Assembly: GCA_963806225.1 (NCBI GenBank) | Contig: CAWDXG010000004.1 | Coordinates: 4,672,001-4,736,000 of the forward strand | From: an uncultured delta proteobacterium | GTDB lineage: Bacteria; Myxococcota_A; Polyangia; Polyangiales; Polyangiaceae | Length of the DNA stretch: 64,000 nt | Reading direction: 5' to 3' | Shown here: piece by piece, positions 9,604 through 20,081 of the stretch | Numbering within the stretch: position 1 is the first letter of the stretch | Layout of the letters: every line of letters starts with the position of its first letter | Position numbers and translations under genes: made by a program | Notes under the pieces: generated by a model | Told to the model about the DNA's origin: nothing | What the model saw: only the letters and a program-made list of their open reading frames with translations | Database searches by the model: none

Positions 9604-11000
9604 GCGCACTACCCGCACAGACTCCCGTCCAGCTTCGCACTGCAGCCGTCTGGGGCACCACCGTGCTCGCGGTGAAGAACCTCGATCCGGGCCAGTCGTT
9701 CCAGCTGGGTCAGCCCGGCGAGGACGGCGTGCCGATGCCGGAGGGCGTGCCGATCAGCGAGATGCCGGTGCGCGCGGTGGGCCAGCACTGGGAGCTCGAC
9801 GCCCGCGGTGCGACCGGCGGCGTGCTGCATCGTGCGTGGCCGCGAGGAGGATCCGGTGCATCTCGCGCAGACGGGCGCGCCGATCCCGATCGTCGCGGGG
9901 GACCACGGCCTGATCCAGTACGGCAACTACTCGGTCTTCTTCCAGTTCTCCAACGCGCCGCCCATCATCAAGCAGCGGCGCCGGATCGAGTGGCCGCTGG
10001 TGTTCGCGTTCCTGTTCTCGGCGATCGCGGTCGTCGGCGGGCTCCTGCTGCTCTGGGCGATCACCACGCCCATCGGCATTCCGAAGCCGCTCGAGCTGAC
10101 CAGCCGGCAGGAGCTGATGCTCAAGTTCAACATGAAGCAGGAGCCCGAGCCGCCGCCGCAGAACGGGCCCGGACGATTCCAGGAAAGGGCAAGGGCATCA
10201 AGGATCCGGGCGCCAAGGACAAGAAGGACATGGGTGGCGGCCGCAAGATGGCCGGCAAAGAAGGGTCGCTCGGGCGCCAGGGCAAAGAGGAGAAGACCGA
10301 GCAGACCGGCGAGATCAAGAACGGCCTCGGCGGCATGGCCGAAGCGCTCAACAGCGACGTGGGCGAGGAGGTCAAACAGACGCTCGGCACCATCAGCTCT
10401 GTCGCGGATGCGCTTGGCGGACTGCGTTCCGACCGCATCGTGCTCGGCAAGGGACCGGGCAAGGGGCTGCACGGCTCCGGCTCCGGCGGCGGGGGCAAGG
10501 GTGCGGGGGTGCCGTTCGGCGCGGGCACGCTCGACACCGGCTGGGGACCTGGCAAGGGCGGCGGCTACGGTCGCGGCAGTGGCGGTCCGGGCGGCAAGGG
10601 CAGCGGCGGATACGGACGTGGCGGCAAGGGCGGCGGCAAGGGCTCGGGCAACGGCACGGGCACCTCGGAACACAAGGTCGCGGGGAACAACAAGGCCAAG
10701 CCCGGTCAGGGTCTGTCGCCGGCGCAGATCGCGCGGGTGGTGAACTCCCGCTACGGCGCCTTCCGCGCCTGCTACGAGATGGCGGCGGCGCGCGACCCGC
10801 ACCTCCGGGGCAGCGTGAGCGTGGGCTGGCGCATCACGCCCGGCGGCTCCGTGTCCGGTGCGAGCATCGGTGGTTCCTCGCTGAGCAATCCCCGCGTCGA
10901 GGGTTGCATCCTCCGGCAGTTCCGGCGGCTGCATTTCCCGGTCGCCGACAAGCCGACGGGCGCCAGCTGGACCTTCGCTTTCCGTCCCAGCAAGAAGTAG
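9600..11000 (+). CDS. GltG/PglI-like protein with AgmX/PglI (TonB-C-like) C-terminal domain (two frameshifts)
   Basis: N-terminal LRTAAVWGTTVL domain, a TM helix (frame 9808), a Gly/Lys-rich linker and C-terminal IARVVNSRYGAFRACYE...DPHLRG.V...W.ITPGGSV...VEGCILRQFRRLHFP. Confidence 0.8.
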   Translation: MSALPAQTPVQLRTAAVWGTTVLAVKNLDPGQSFQLGQPGEDGVPMPEGVPISEMPVRAVGQHWELDARGATGGVLHRAWPRGGSGASRADGRADPDRRGGPRPDPVRQLLGLLPVLQRAAHHQAAAPDRVAAGVRVPVLGDRGRRRAPAALGDHHAHRHSEAARADQPAGADAQVQHEAGARAAAAERARTIPGKGKGIKDPGAKDKKDMGGGRKMAGKEGSLGRQGKEEKTEQTGEIKNGLGGMAEALNSDVGEEVKQTLGTISSVADALGGLRSDRIVLGKGPGKGLHGSGSGGGGKGAGVPFGAGTLDTGWGPGKGGGYGRGSGGPGGKGSGGYGRGGKGGGKGSGNGTGTSEHKVAGNNKAKPGQGLSPAQIARVVNSRYGAFRACYEMAAARDPHLRGSVSVGWRITPGGSVSGASIGGSSLSNPRVEGCILRQFRRLHFPVADKPTGASWTFAFRPSKK

Positions 11001-11009
11001 GGGCCTCGC

Positions 11010-11025
11010 TGGCACGCCAATGGCA
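11010..11025 (+). promoter_or_regulatory. candidate sigma54 promoter
   Basis: TGGCACGccaaTGGCA with GG-N10-GC spacing, intergenic, about 40 bp upstream of ATG 11063. Confidence 0.4.
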
Positions 11026-11062
11026 TGGTTTCCCTGGTCACCTTCTGCCCAGGCTGGGAAAC

Positions 11063-12010
11063 ATGGCGAAAACGCAGCGACCTACTGATACCGTCCTGGG
11101 GGCTTCGACCCCCTTCGTGGGGGTGAAGCACCCCACCCGATTTCTTGCTCTGCTAGCTGCAGGCACTGCGGCGGTCGCGCTGATGGGCTGCAGCTCGAAG
11201 ACGGATCAGACGCAGACGCTCGAGCCGCAGCAGCTCGGCATGTCTTCGAAGATGGCACCGACTTTCGACGACGGCGAGACGCAGCTCTACGAGGCGCGGA
11301 TGCCGGTCAAGTTCCCGATCGTGGCTCCCGGCCAGAGCGAGCTGAGCGCTTTGCGCAAGATCCACGTCCAGCCGTTCGGTCGCTCGCCGTGGCTGAGCAA
11401 CAACGACGAGCAGGTGCGGGTGACCTGGACGCTCTCCAACCTGGACGCCCAGGCCCACAACGTCGAGCTGCTTGTCGATCCGTGGAACGAGTTCGGCCGC
11501 TACTGGCCGGGCATGCAGGTCCAGGATCCGCAGCGCCAGCAGGTCGTTCCGAACCTGTCGGGCATCGACATCATGTTGAACCTTGAAGGCAAGGGAGCTG
11601 GCGACAAGTCGCGGCGCCACGGCACGTTCACCGTGCAGGACATGAACGAGCTGGCCATCGACTTCGCCACGGCGATCAACATCATCAAGAATGTCCCCAT
11701 GCAGCCGGTGACCGCCATGGGCGACATGAACAACTACAACGGGCCGGTCACGCTCGTGAACCACGCGTTCGCCGTCGAGAACCGCTCCTACGACGATCCG
11801 CTCATCCAGAAGTACATTCCGAAGGCGATTCCGGCCCTCACCGGCTTCGATATCGGTCTGCGCACGACCGAGCAGGCCAACGTGGCGGTCGAGTTCACCG
11901 TCGAGCTGGTCGAGAAGGACGGCGGACGGAAGATCGCGCCGCGCGGCAGCACCGAAAAGACTCTGCGCGTGCCGACGACGTACTACACGATCGACTACGC
12001 CGGCGGCTAA
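11063..12010 (+). CDS. hypothetical lipoprotein
   Basis: Signal FLALLAAGTAAVALMGC with a lipobox and coding-like codon use. GTG 11123 is an alternative start. Confidence 0.75.
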   Translation: MAKTQRPTDTVLGASTPFVGVKHPTRFLALLAAGTAAVALMGCSSKTDQTQTLEPQQLGMSSKMAPTFDDGETQLYEARMPVKFPIVAPGQSELSALRKIHVQPFGRSPWLSNNDEQVRVTWTLSNLDAQAHNVELLVDPWNEFGRYWPGMQVQDPQRQQVVPNLSGIDIMLNLEGKGAGDKSRRHGTFTVQDMNELAIDFATAINIIKNVPMQPVTAMGDMNNYNGPVTLVNHAFAVENRSYDDPLIQKYIPKAIPALTGFDIGLRTTEQANVAVEFTVELVEKDGGRKIAPRGSTEKTLRVPTTYYTIDYAGG

Positions 12011-12131
12011 CGTTGGCGTAGCGACACTGTAGGAGCATTCCCTACGCGCTCATCGACGAAGCGCGCCGCGGCGTCGTTGGACGAACGCGCCGCGTTTCGG
12101 ATAGCATGGCTGGATAAGGAGGCGTATCGCC

Positions 12132-15100
12132 ATGTCCTTGCCCAGGGCGTTCTCGGGCGCCGCCGTCGCGTTGCTCGCTTCGGTGCTGGTCCTCGGTTGT
12201 GGGTCGAGTCCCAGTGGTTCCTCCCATTCGGGTCAAAAGGACGCGGGCGACTCCGGAGGAGGCGGCGTAGGAGGCGGGGCAGGCGACGCCGCAGCGGGCA
12301 GCGACGCGGGAGTGGACTCCGACGCGGGGTGCCCGGCGAATTTCCAGCGCTGCGGCGGGCAATGCGTCTCGACCGACGATCCGGCATACGGCTGCGGTGA
12401 CGGTTCCTGCCAGCCGTGCGCGCCGGCGAACGCGACGGCGACCTGCGCGAGCGGCGCATGTGGCATCGACACGTGTGACCAGGGCTACAGCGACTGCAAC
12501 GCGGACCCGAGCGACGGGTGCGAGGCGCAACTGGACAGCGATCCCGGCAACTGCGGTGGCTGCGGCAACGCGTGCGTCACTCCCCACGCCACCCCCGCGT
12601 GCAGCTCGGGGCTGTGCGGCATCGGAAGCTGTGACGCTGGATACGCGGACTGCAACAAGGATCCGAGCGACGGTTGCGAGGCGAAGACGGACGGCGACCC
12701 GACCAACTGCGGAAGCTGCGGTAACGTGTGCCCGGCGACCGGCGGCAGTCCGATCTGCAGTTCTGGACAATGCGGGATTTCGAAGTGCCCCGCGGGAACC
12801 GGTGAGTGCGACGGCGATCCCAAGACCGTCTGCGAGACCAACCTGGGGACGGACGCCAAGAACTGCGGTTTCTGCGGGAACGCATGCAGCCTGCCGAACG
12901 CAGGCGCCGCATGCAGCACCGGGCAGTGTGAAATCACCTCGTGTGACTCCGGGTTCGACGATTGCGACGGAAAGCCGGCCAACGGCTGCGAGACCAACCT
13001 CGGCTTGAGTGTTGCCAATTGCGGCGGCTGCGGGAAAGCGTGCACCAACGCCCACGGGCAGACGACCTGCAAGGCCTCGGCGTGCGTGCCCACCTGCAGC
13101 GCGGGCTACGGGGACTGTGACGGCGACGCCTCGAATGGCTGCGAGACCAGCACCGATACCGACCCGTTGAACTGCGGAGCGTGTGGCAATGCGTGCAGCT
13201 CGACGAACGGTACGGCGAGCTGCGTCTCCGGAAAGTGCGCCATTGCCTGCAAGGCCGGCTGGGGCGACTGCGACGGCGATCCCTCGAACGGCTGCGAGAC
13301 CCAGCTCGACACGAACACCAACTGCGGTGCCTGTGGCGTCGGCTGCAACCCGAGCAACGGGACCGGCAGCTGCGCCACCGGGGCGTGTACGGTTGTCGCG
13401 TGCAGCGCCGGCTATGCCGACTGCGACGGCAAGGCCGGCAACGGCTGCGAGGTCAACATAGGGACGGATCCGGCGAACTGCGGCAGCTGCAAGAAGACCT
13501 GCAGCAGCAGCGGCGGTACCGCGTCCTGTTCGAGCGGAACCTGCGGCATCACCTGCAGCCAGGGCTTCGGCGACTGCGACGGCGTCGTCACGAACGGCTG
13601 CGAAACGAGCCTCGATACCACCACCAACTGCGGCGTGTGCAAGAAGGCCTGCACCAACGCGAATGGAGGCGCGAGCTGCACCGCGGGCAAGTGCGCGCCC
13701 ACCTGCAACGCGGGCTTCGGTGACTGTGACAACAACCTTGCGAATGGCTGCGAGACGAACCTCGACCAGAGCACCAACAACTGCAGCGCCTGCGGAAACG
13801 TGTGCTCCTGCCCGAACGGGACGCCGAACTGCGTCAACGGGAGCTGCGGGTGCTCGAAGTGCAGCGCGGGGACCGCTGACTGCGATGGCCAGTCGAGCAA
13901 CGGCTGCGAGACCAATACCCAGAACAATACGAGCGACTGCGGCGCCTGCGGAACGGTGTGCAGCGGCGCGAACGGGACGGCGAGCTGCAGCGGCGGCAAC
14001 TGCTCGATTGCGTGCTCCGCGGGGTGGGGCGACTGCAACAGCGACCCGCAGAGCGACGGCTGCGAATCGCCGCTCGATACGCTGACCAATTGCGGCGCGT
14101 GCGGTACGAGCTGCAGCCGTACGAACGCCACTGCGACCTGTTCGACGGGCAGCTGCCAGATCGCATCGTGCGACACCGGCTTCGGTAACTGCGACAAGAA
14201 CAACGGCAACGGCTGCGAGACCGACCTGAAGACCAGCACCAGCGACTGCGGCGCCTGCGGAACGGTGTGCAGCGGTGCGAACGGGACGGCGAGCTGCACT
14301 GGCGGTCAGTGCGCGATTGCCTGTAGCTCGGGCTTTGGCGACTGCAACAAGAACGCACAGACCGATGGTTGCGAGACCCAGCTGAACACCAATGCCAACT
14401 GCGGCGGCTGCGGCACGCCCTGCAGCCTGCCCAACGCGACGACGAGCTGCTCGACCGGCAGCTGCCAGTTCGTCAGCTGCTTGTCGGGCTTCGGCGACTG
14501 TAACAACGCGAACGTCCGACGGTTGCGAGACGAGCCTCTCTACGAACAGCAATTGCGGCGCGTGCGGGACCAGCTGCACCAATCCGCATGGCTCGACCAG
14601 CTGCGGCGCCACGGGGTGTGCGCCCACGTGCAACAGCGGCTGGGGCGACTGCAACGGCGACCCCAACGACGGCTGCGAACTGAGCCTGACCACGCTGTCG
14701 GACTGCGGAGCCTGCGGCACGACCTGTAGCCTGCCTCACTCCACCGCGAGCTGCTCGACCGGCACCTGTCAGGTCGGAACGTGCAACGCGGGGTGGGCCG
14801 ACTGTGGCAGCGCGCCGGGCTGCGAGACCGATATCCAGAACGATGCCAACAACTGCGGTGCTTGTGGCACGCAGTGTAGCAGCAACAACGGGACGGCGAG
14901 CTGCAGCACGGGCAAGTGCGCGATTGCCTGCGCCGCGAACTGGGGGAACTGCGACAACGACGCCAAGACCAACGGCTGCGAGACCGATCTGACCAGCAGC
15001 CAGAACAACTGCGGCTCCTGCGGGCACGCCTGCAGCTCGAGCCAGACCTGCGTGAACGGCACCTGCAAGAGCACCAGCGTGGTCTGTGGCAACGGCGTGA

Positions 15101-16107
15101 TCGAGACCGGCGAGCAGTGCGACGACGGCAACCTCCTCAATCTCGACGGCTGCAGCTCCACCTGCAAGTACGAGCAGATCCAGCGTGTGACCCAGCTGAC
15201 AGTGAGCCGGACTGCGCCTTCGCCAGGCTTCTGTTCGCCCACCACGAACCAGTTCGGCAAGGCGCTGTCGTCGAGCGCAGCCACCAGCTTCAATTCGTCG
15301 CTCCAGACGGACATCGACAATGGCGACCTGAATACGATGCTGGATTTCCTCGGCCTCGACGACCTGACGGGAGTGAGCGATCCAGCTCTCACCGTCGGCG
15401 TGGTCAACGGCACGCTCGACCCGAAAAAGGGCGCATGGTCGCCACCAGGCGCGATCGACTGGTGGTTCCTGGCCAATGTGGCCGACATCGATGCGAGCGG
15501 CATTCCGCTTTATCAGCTGTCGCCTGCGGCCATCGCCAGCAACTTGTTGACCGGTGGCCCGAGCAAGGTCGTGCTCGATTACGGTGGCTCGCCGTTGACG
15601 ATGCTGGGCGCGAACGTGAAGGCCCAGACCAGCACGGCGATCAGTCTGCCGGCGCCGCCGCCCTCCGCGCTCGCTTCGGGGCTCAAGACGTTCGAGACCC
15701 TGGACGCCAGCCAGACAGGGCAGGGCCTGTGCGGCAACATCACGGTGGGGTCCCTCGCCGCGATCCCGGCGCCGCAGGATCTGACGACCTCCTCGACCAA
15801 TTCCTTACATATCTGCCGCTCGAGCTGCAAGAACTCGCTTTCGTACACCTACTGCGGCGCGGGCAACCCGGTCGGGCCGAGCTGCAACTCGCTGCTCGAC
15901 GTGCTCGTCGGCGGATGCAAGGTGACGTTCCTCTGCGCCGGAGTCATCACGTCCACCCAGCCCGACGTGGGCGTGGGCGGCAACCCCCCGAATAAACTCA
16001 CCAACGGCACCAACAACAAGGTGTCGGTGTCGCAGCCGAACGACGCCTACTCCTCGTATTTCCAGTTCACGGCACAGCGCGCCCACATTACAAACAACCT
16101 CCCATGA
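12132..16107 (+). CDS. large Cys-rich repeat surface lipoprotein with TNNLP-ending C-terminal domain (frameshift near 14510)
   Basis: Lipobox VLGC; 17 repeats of about 50 aa (GxxDC...N/DGCE...NCGxCG); one CGNG...EQCDDGN repeat; about 300-aa domain ending RAHITNNLP. Joins ORFs 12132 and 14392. Confidence 0.85.
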
Positions 16108-17747
16108 GGCGTACGCGAGGGAGGTACTTCTCGCTGCTGCTGGCGGCGACGGGCTTGGGGCTGGGCCTGCTCGGCGGCTGCGGTAGCGGCGGCGGCGGCG
16201 GTGGCGGCGGCGGCGCTGGCGGCGGCGGCGCTGCAACCGGCGGGAGCGCGGGTGGCGGAGGTGTCGCGGGTGTCGACGGCAGCGCTGCTGCTGGGGGGAG
16301 CGGCGGCGTGGCTGGCAACGACGCGGGGAGCGACGCGGGCGGCAGTGCCGGCGCGGGCGGGGCGGGCTGTTCCGCGGACGCCGCGCCGGACGATCCGGCA
16401 TACGGCTGCGGCGCGCCCGACTGCAAGCCGTGCGACGCGACCCACGGGACACCGGGATGCAGCGCCGGCCATTGCACCATCAGCTGCGACAATGGTTACG
16501 GCGATTGCGACAGTGACGCCAAGAACGGCTGCGAAGCGGACTTCTCGAGCAGCGCGACCTGCGGCTCGTGCGGCAACGCGTGTACCGCCGGACAGAGTTG
16601 TGCGGCGGGAAAGTGCAAGGTGGTCTGCGGCGACGGCGTCATCGGCGGCACGGAGGATTGTGACGACGGCAACACGAAGAACCTCGACGGCTGCGCCTCG
16701 AGTTGCCGGTACGAGGTGTTCACACGGATGACCTCGCTCAGCATCGAGACGGCAACGGGGCCGGCCTTCTGCGCCCCTGGCACGAACACTTTCGGGAACG
16801 TGTTTCCAGGTGGAGTGGTGGACATACTGAACAACGAGCTCTCCGACTCCCTGACGAACGGGACTCTGAATCTCGTCCTGGGGTTCTCGGGCCTGGACGA
16901 TCTCACGGGACAGAACGACGCCTCGCTCTCGCTCGGGGTCCTGTCGGGCAAGCTGGACCCGAAGCACACGGGCGCCTGGAGCGCAGGGGCCATCGACTTC
17001 TGGTTCCTGGCGGACCCGGGCACCATCGATGCGCAGGGTCAGCCTACCGAGCTCTTGCCGGGGGCTTCGATCACGTCCGGCGCACTCGTCGTGGACCCCA
17101 GCAAGATCTCGATGCCGTTCGCCGGTTCCACCCTCGACCTTCTCGCGGCGCATCTCAGAGCCACCGTCGACTCGTCGCCGGCGCCCGATGTGCCCGCACC
17201 GCCACCCTCCCAGCTGGCGACGGGTCTGGCGGTCTTCCGCACGCTCACCGCCACGGGAGCCGGTCAGGGGCTCTGCGGCAACGCGACGGTGGAGTCGCTC
17301 GCGAAGATCCCTCTGCCACAGAGCTTCGCCACCGGGGGCCTGAGCGCGTGCATCGATTCCTCCTCGTTCGGCTCCTGTTCCAGCACGCCCAGCATCACCT
17401 CGCACGCGTACACCTGGTGCGGCGAGCACTGCGGCAACCCCGGCGACCCGGACTACGACGCGAACGGCTGCTCCTCGTGCACCGCCGACCACTGCCATTC
17501 CAACCCCGTGGGATCCGGCTGCAACTCGCTGCTCGATGCCATTATAGGCGGCTGTGTCGTCAATCCTCCTGACTGCAAGGAGGCATTCATTCCGACCCAG
17601 CCCGACGTGGGCACCGGCGGCAACGCTCCGGCCAAGCTCACGCTCGGAAGCGGCAACAAGGTGACTCCCAGTGTCGCAACGGACGCCTATTCCGCCTATT
17701 TCCGCTTCGCTGCGAATCGCGCTCACGTGACCAACAATCTGCCCTAG
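16104..17747 (+). CDS. Cys-rich lipoprotein, short paralog with the TNNLP domain
   Basis: Lipobox LGGC, Gly linker, DDPAYGCG as in the upstream gene, one Cys repeat, CGDG...EDCDDGN, ends RAHVTNNLP. Confidence 0.88.
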   Translation: MRRTRGRYFSLLLAATGLGLGLLGGCGSGGGGGGGGGAGGGGAATGGSAGGGGVAGVDGSAAAGGSGGVAGNDAGSDAGGSAGAGGAGCSADAAPDDPAYGCGAPDCKPCDATHGTPGCSAGHCTISCDNGYGDCDSDAKNGCEADFSSSATCGSCGNACTAGQSCAAGKCKVVCGDGVIGGTEDCDDGNTKNLDGCASSCRYEVFTRMTSLSIETATGPAFCAPGTNTFGNVFPGGVVDILNNELSDSLTNGTLNLVLGFSGLDDLTGQNDASLSLGVLSGKLDPKHTGAWSAGAIDFWFLADPGTIDAQGQPTELLPGASITSGALVVDPSKISMPFAGSTLDLLAAHLRATVDSSPAPDVPAPPPSQLATGLAVFRTLTATGAGQGLCGNATVESLAKIPLPQSFATGGLSACIDSSSFGSCSSTPSITSHAYTWCGEHCGNPGDPDYDANGCSSCTADHCHSNPVGSGCNSLLDAIIGGCVVNPPDCKEAFIPTQPDVGTGGNAPAKLTLGSGNKVTPSVATDAYSAYFRFAANRAHVTNNLP

Positions 17748-17788
17748 CGGCTCGCCTATCGCTTGATTGTCGCGCTACCATCGACTTC

Positions 17789-18436
17789 GTGGACCAGTCA
17801 CGGGGCGCGCGGGCACGAATCCAGGAGCATCTGCTCCCGGGGGAACTCGTGGCCGCCTGGCGGAAGAACCGGGACTCGTTCTTTTCCGAGCTTGGCGACA
17901 CGCAGCTTCTGCTGGTGCAGATCCCCGAGCTCGACAGCGAGCTCCCCCAGGGGCTCCACGGTGCATCCACGGTATCCGGCGTGCGGCTCAAGCCCACCTA
18001 CGATGGCATCGGCTTCGCGACCGTTCTGCACTCGGCTTCCGATGACGCTCGTCCCAGCTGGCGTCCGCTCGGTCGCTCTTTCGATCCCACCACGCTGGAG
18101 ACGCTCTGCGTGCGGAATACGTATTTCGTCGTTCCGCTCAGGCGCCGCGAGACGGGGCGCGCGTTTGTCGAGCATATCTCGGTGGGCCGCGCCCGCAACA
18201 GCGACATCGTGTTGCGCCACGAGAGTGTCTCGAAGTTCCATGCGTGGTTCGAATGCGACGAGAGCGGCAAGTTCTATCTGGGCGACGCCAAGAGCAAGAA
18301 CGGCACGCGCGTCAACGGCGTGAGCGTGGTCGGCGGCGACCTCTGCCCGCTCGATTCCGGCGACGAGCTCCGCTTCGGGCGGATCACGACCCTCATCTGT
18401 CCGCCCGCGACGTTCTGGGAAGCGATCCGCGCCTAG
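17789..18436 (+). CDS. FHA domain protein
   Basis: ISVGRARNSDIVLRHESVSKFHA...DAKSKNGTRVNG...GDELRFG. Confidence 0.92.
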   Translation: MDQSRGARARIQEHLLPGELVAAWRKNRDSFFSELGDTQLLLVQIPELDSELPQGLHGASTVSGVRLKPTYDGIGFATVLHSASDDARPSWRPLGRSFDPTTLETLCVRNTYFVVPLRRRETGRAFVEHISVGRARNSDIVLRHESVSKFHAWFECDESGKFYLGDAKSKNGTRVNGVSVVGGDLCPLDSGDELRFGRITTLICPPATFWEAIRA

Positions 18437-19992
18437 GGCAGGTTGTTCGTGAGGTGCGCGCGGCTGGCCGCGAAGTGCGCGAAGAACGTATAGCCGTCCG
18501 TCGGAACACTCGGCGTGACCTTGTTGCTGGTGCCGAGCGTGAGCTTGGCCGGAGCGTTGCCGCCGGTGCCCACGTCGGGCTGCGTCGGGGTGACCGCCTC
18601 CACGCAGAGCGACGTCACCTTGCAGCCGCCCACGATGACATCCAGTAGCGAGTTGCAGCCCGGCCCCACCGGCAGCCCGGCTCCGCAGTAGGTGTAGGTC
18701 CGTGTGCCCGACGTGCATGTCGTGGAATCCTGGCAAGCGTTGGGTCCCAGGCAGAAATCCTGAGGCAACGGAGTCGTCGCGAGCGACGCGACGGTTGCCA
18801 CGCCGCACAAGCCCTGGTCGGTAGCCGTTGCAGTCAGGCTCTGGAATACCGCGAGCCCCGAGGCGAGCGCCGAGGGTGGCGGCTTGGGCGCATTCGGCGC
18901 GGGCGAGGTGTCGATGCTCGCGTCGATGCTTGTGTCGCGCGAGTCGAACTCGGAGACCGTCGTGCCCGTGATAATCCGTATCAGCAGCGAGCTCGGCCCC
19001 GCCGTGAGCTCGTTCGACTTGATCATTGCGGGCGCGAGAAGCTCTGTGGGCTTGTCTGTCTTGGGATCCAGCAGGTCCGTGTCGGCCAGGTACCACTCGT
19101 CGGGAGTGGTCGGGCTCCACGTACCGAAGTACTTCGGATCGAGCGAACCCGACACCATCGCGAGCTCGAAGTTCGATGCGTCGGTGCCGGTGAGGTCATC
19201 CAGCCCGCCAAACGAGAAGAACTCGTTGTACGCGCCGCCGGTGATGGTCGCGGTGATGTTGTCGTCGAAGGCTTGCGCGACCTCGGTGGAGAAGGATTGC
19301 CCGACCGCATTGCCCTGGTGGGTGCAGAACCCGGGTGCCGGGTCCCTGGTGATCTCGAACCTCGAGAGACGCATGACCGTTTCGTAGCGGCAATTCGAGT
19401 CGCAACCGTCCAGGTTCTTCGTGTTGCCGTCATCGCACTGCTCGTTCCCGGCGATGACTCCGTCGCCGCACACGACGGTCTTGCAGTCTAGAGCGCAGGT
19501 CGCGGTGCCCGGAGGCTCGCAGTCTTCTCCCGGCTCGACGGCGCCGTTGCCGCATTGCGGCTGCGTGCACACCGCGTTCTTGCAGTAACCCCCCGTCCCG
19601 CACGCCGAACCATCGGCCGGCGGAGTGCCTGGTTTGCACGCGCGGCCGCCGGGGACGCTCTGGCACGTCTCCACGCCATTGCACGGTTCGCTGTCGTCGC
19701 AGTCGGCGTCCGCGTGGCAGCTCGTGTGGCAGTCGGGCTCGCACCCGCTGCCCGGGGCGTTGCTCGCGCCGTTGTCGCACTCTTCGTTGCCGCTGATGGT
19801 GCCGTCGCCGCACACGGGCCCAGCGTCCGTTCCGGAGTCCCCGGCGGCGCCACCGGAGCCGCCATTTCCACCACCGCCCGGGCCGGATGAGCCGCCCGAC
19901 CCGCAGCCGGCAGCCGGCACGCTCGCCGCCAGGGCAAGCGCATATCCCCACGGGGCCAGCGGGGCCAGGGCTCCCAGGCGCGCGCGCAGCAT
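18433..19992 (-). CDS. Cys-rich lipoprotein, third paralog with the TNNLP domain
   Basis: Lipobox AAGC, three CGD/NG-type (DUF4215-like) repeats, ends RAHLTNNLP. Confidence 0.88.
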   Translation of the reverse strand: MLRARLGALAPLAPWGYALALAASVPAAGCGSGGSSGPGGGGNGGSGGAAGDSGTDAGPVCGDGTISGNEECDNGASNAPGSGCEPDCHTSCHADADCDDSEPCNGVETCQSVPGGRACKPGTPPADGSACGTGGYCKNAVCTQPQCGNGAVEPGEDCEPPGTATCALDCKTVVCGDGVIAGNEQCDDGNTKNLDGCDSNCRYETVMRLSRFEITRDPAPGFCTHQGNAVGQSFSTEVAQAFDDNITATITGGAYNEFFSFGGLDDLTGTDASNFELAMVSGSLDPKYFGTWSPTTPDEWYLADTDLLDPKTDKPTELLAPAMIKSNELTAGPSSLLIRIITGTTVSEFDSRDTSIDASIDTSPAPNAPKPPPSALASGLAVFQSLTATATDQGLCGVATVASLATTPLPQDFCLGPNACQDSTTCTSGTRTYTYCGAGLPVGPGCNSLLDVIVGGCKVTSLCVEAVTPTQPDVGTGGNAPAKLTLGTSNKVTPSVPTDGYTFFAHFAASRAHLTNNLP

Positions 19993-20081
19993 CTCGCGAG
20001 CATACTGCCACGAGCCCGGCACCCCAACCAACCCGATCACGCCGCGTGCGCGGTTGATCGAGGATGATGTAGCATCGCAGT

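Noticed and set aside
14500..14520. Programmed frameshift or phase variation in the large lipoprotein, and likewise in the NuoL/NuoM-like genes
   Set aside because: No slippery or homopolymer tract is visible, and the background indel rate is high.
19995..20010. Sigma54-like motif on the minus strand (TGGCAGTATGCTCGC)
   Set aside because: The -12 element lies only about 4 nt from the likely ATG, so the transcript would start inside the signal peptide.
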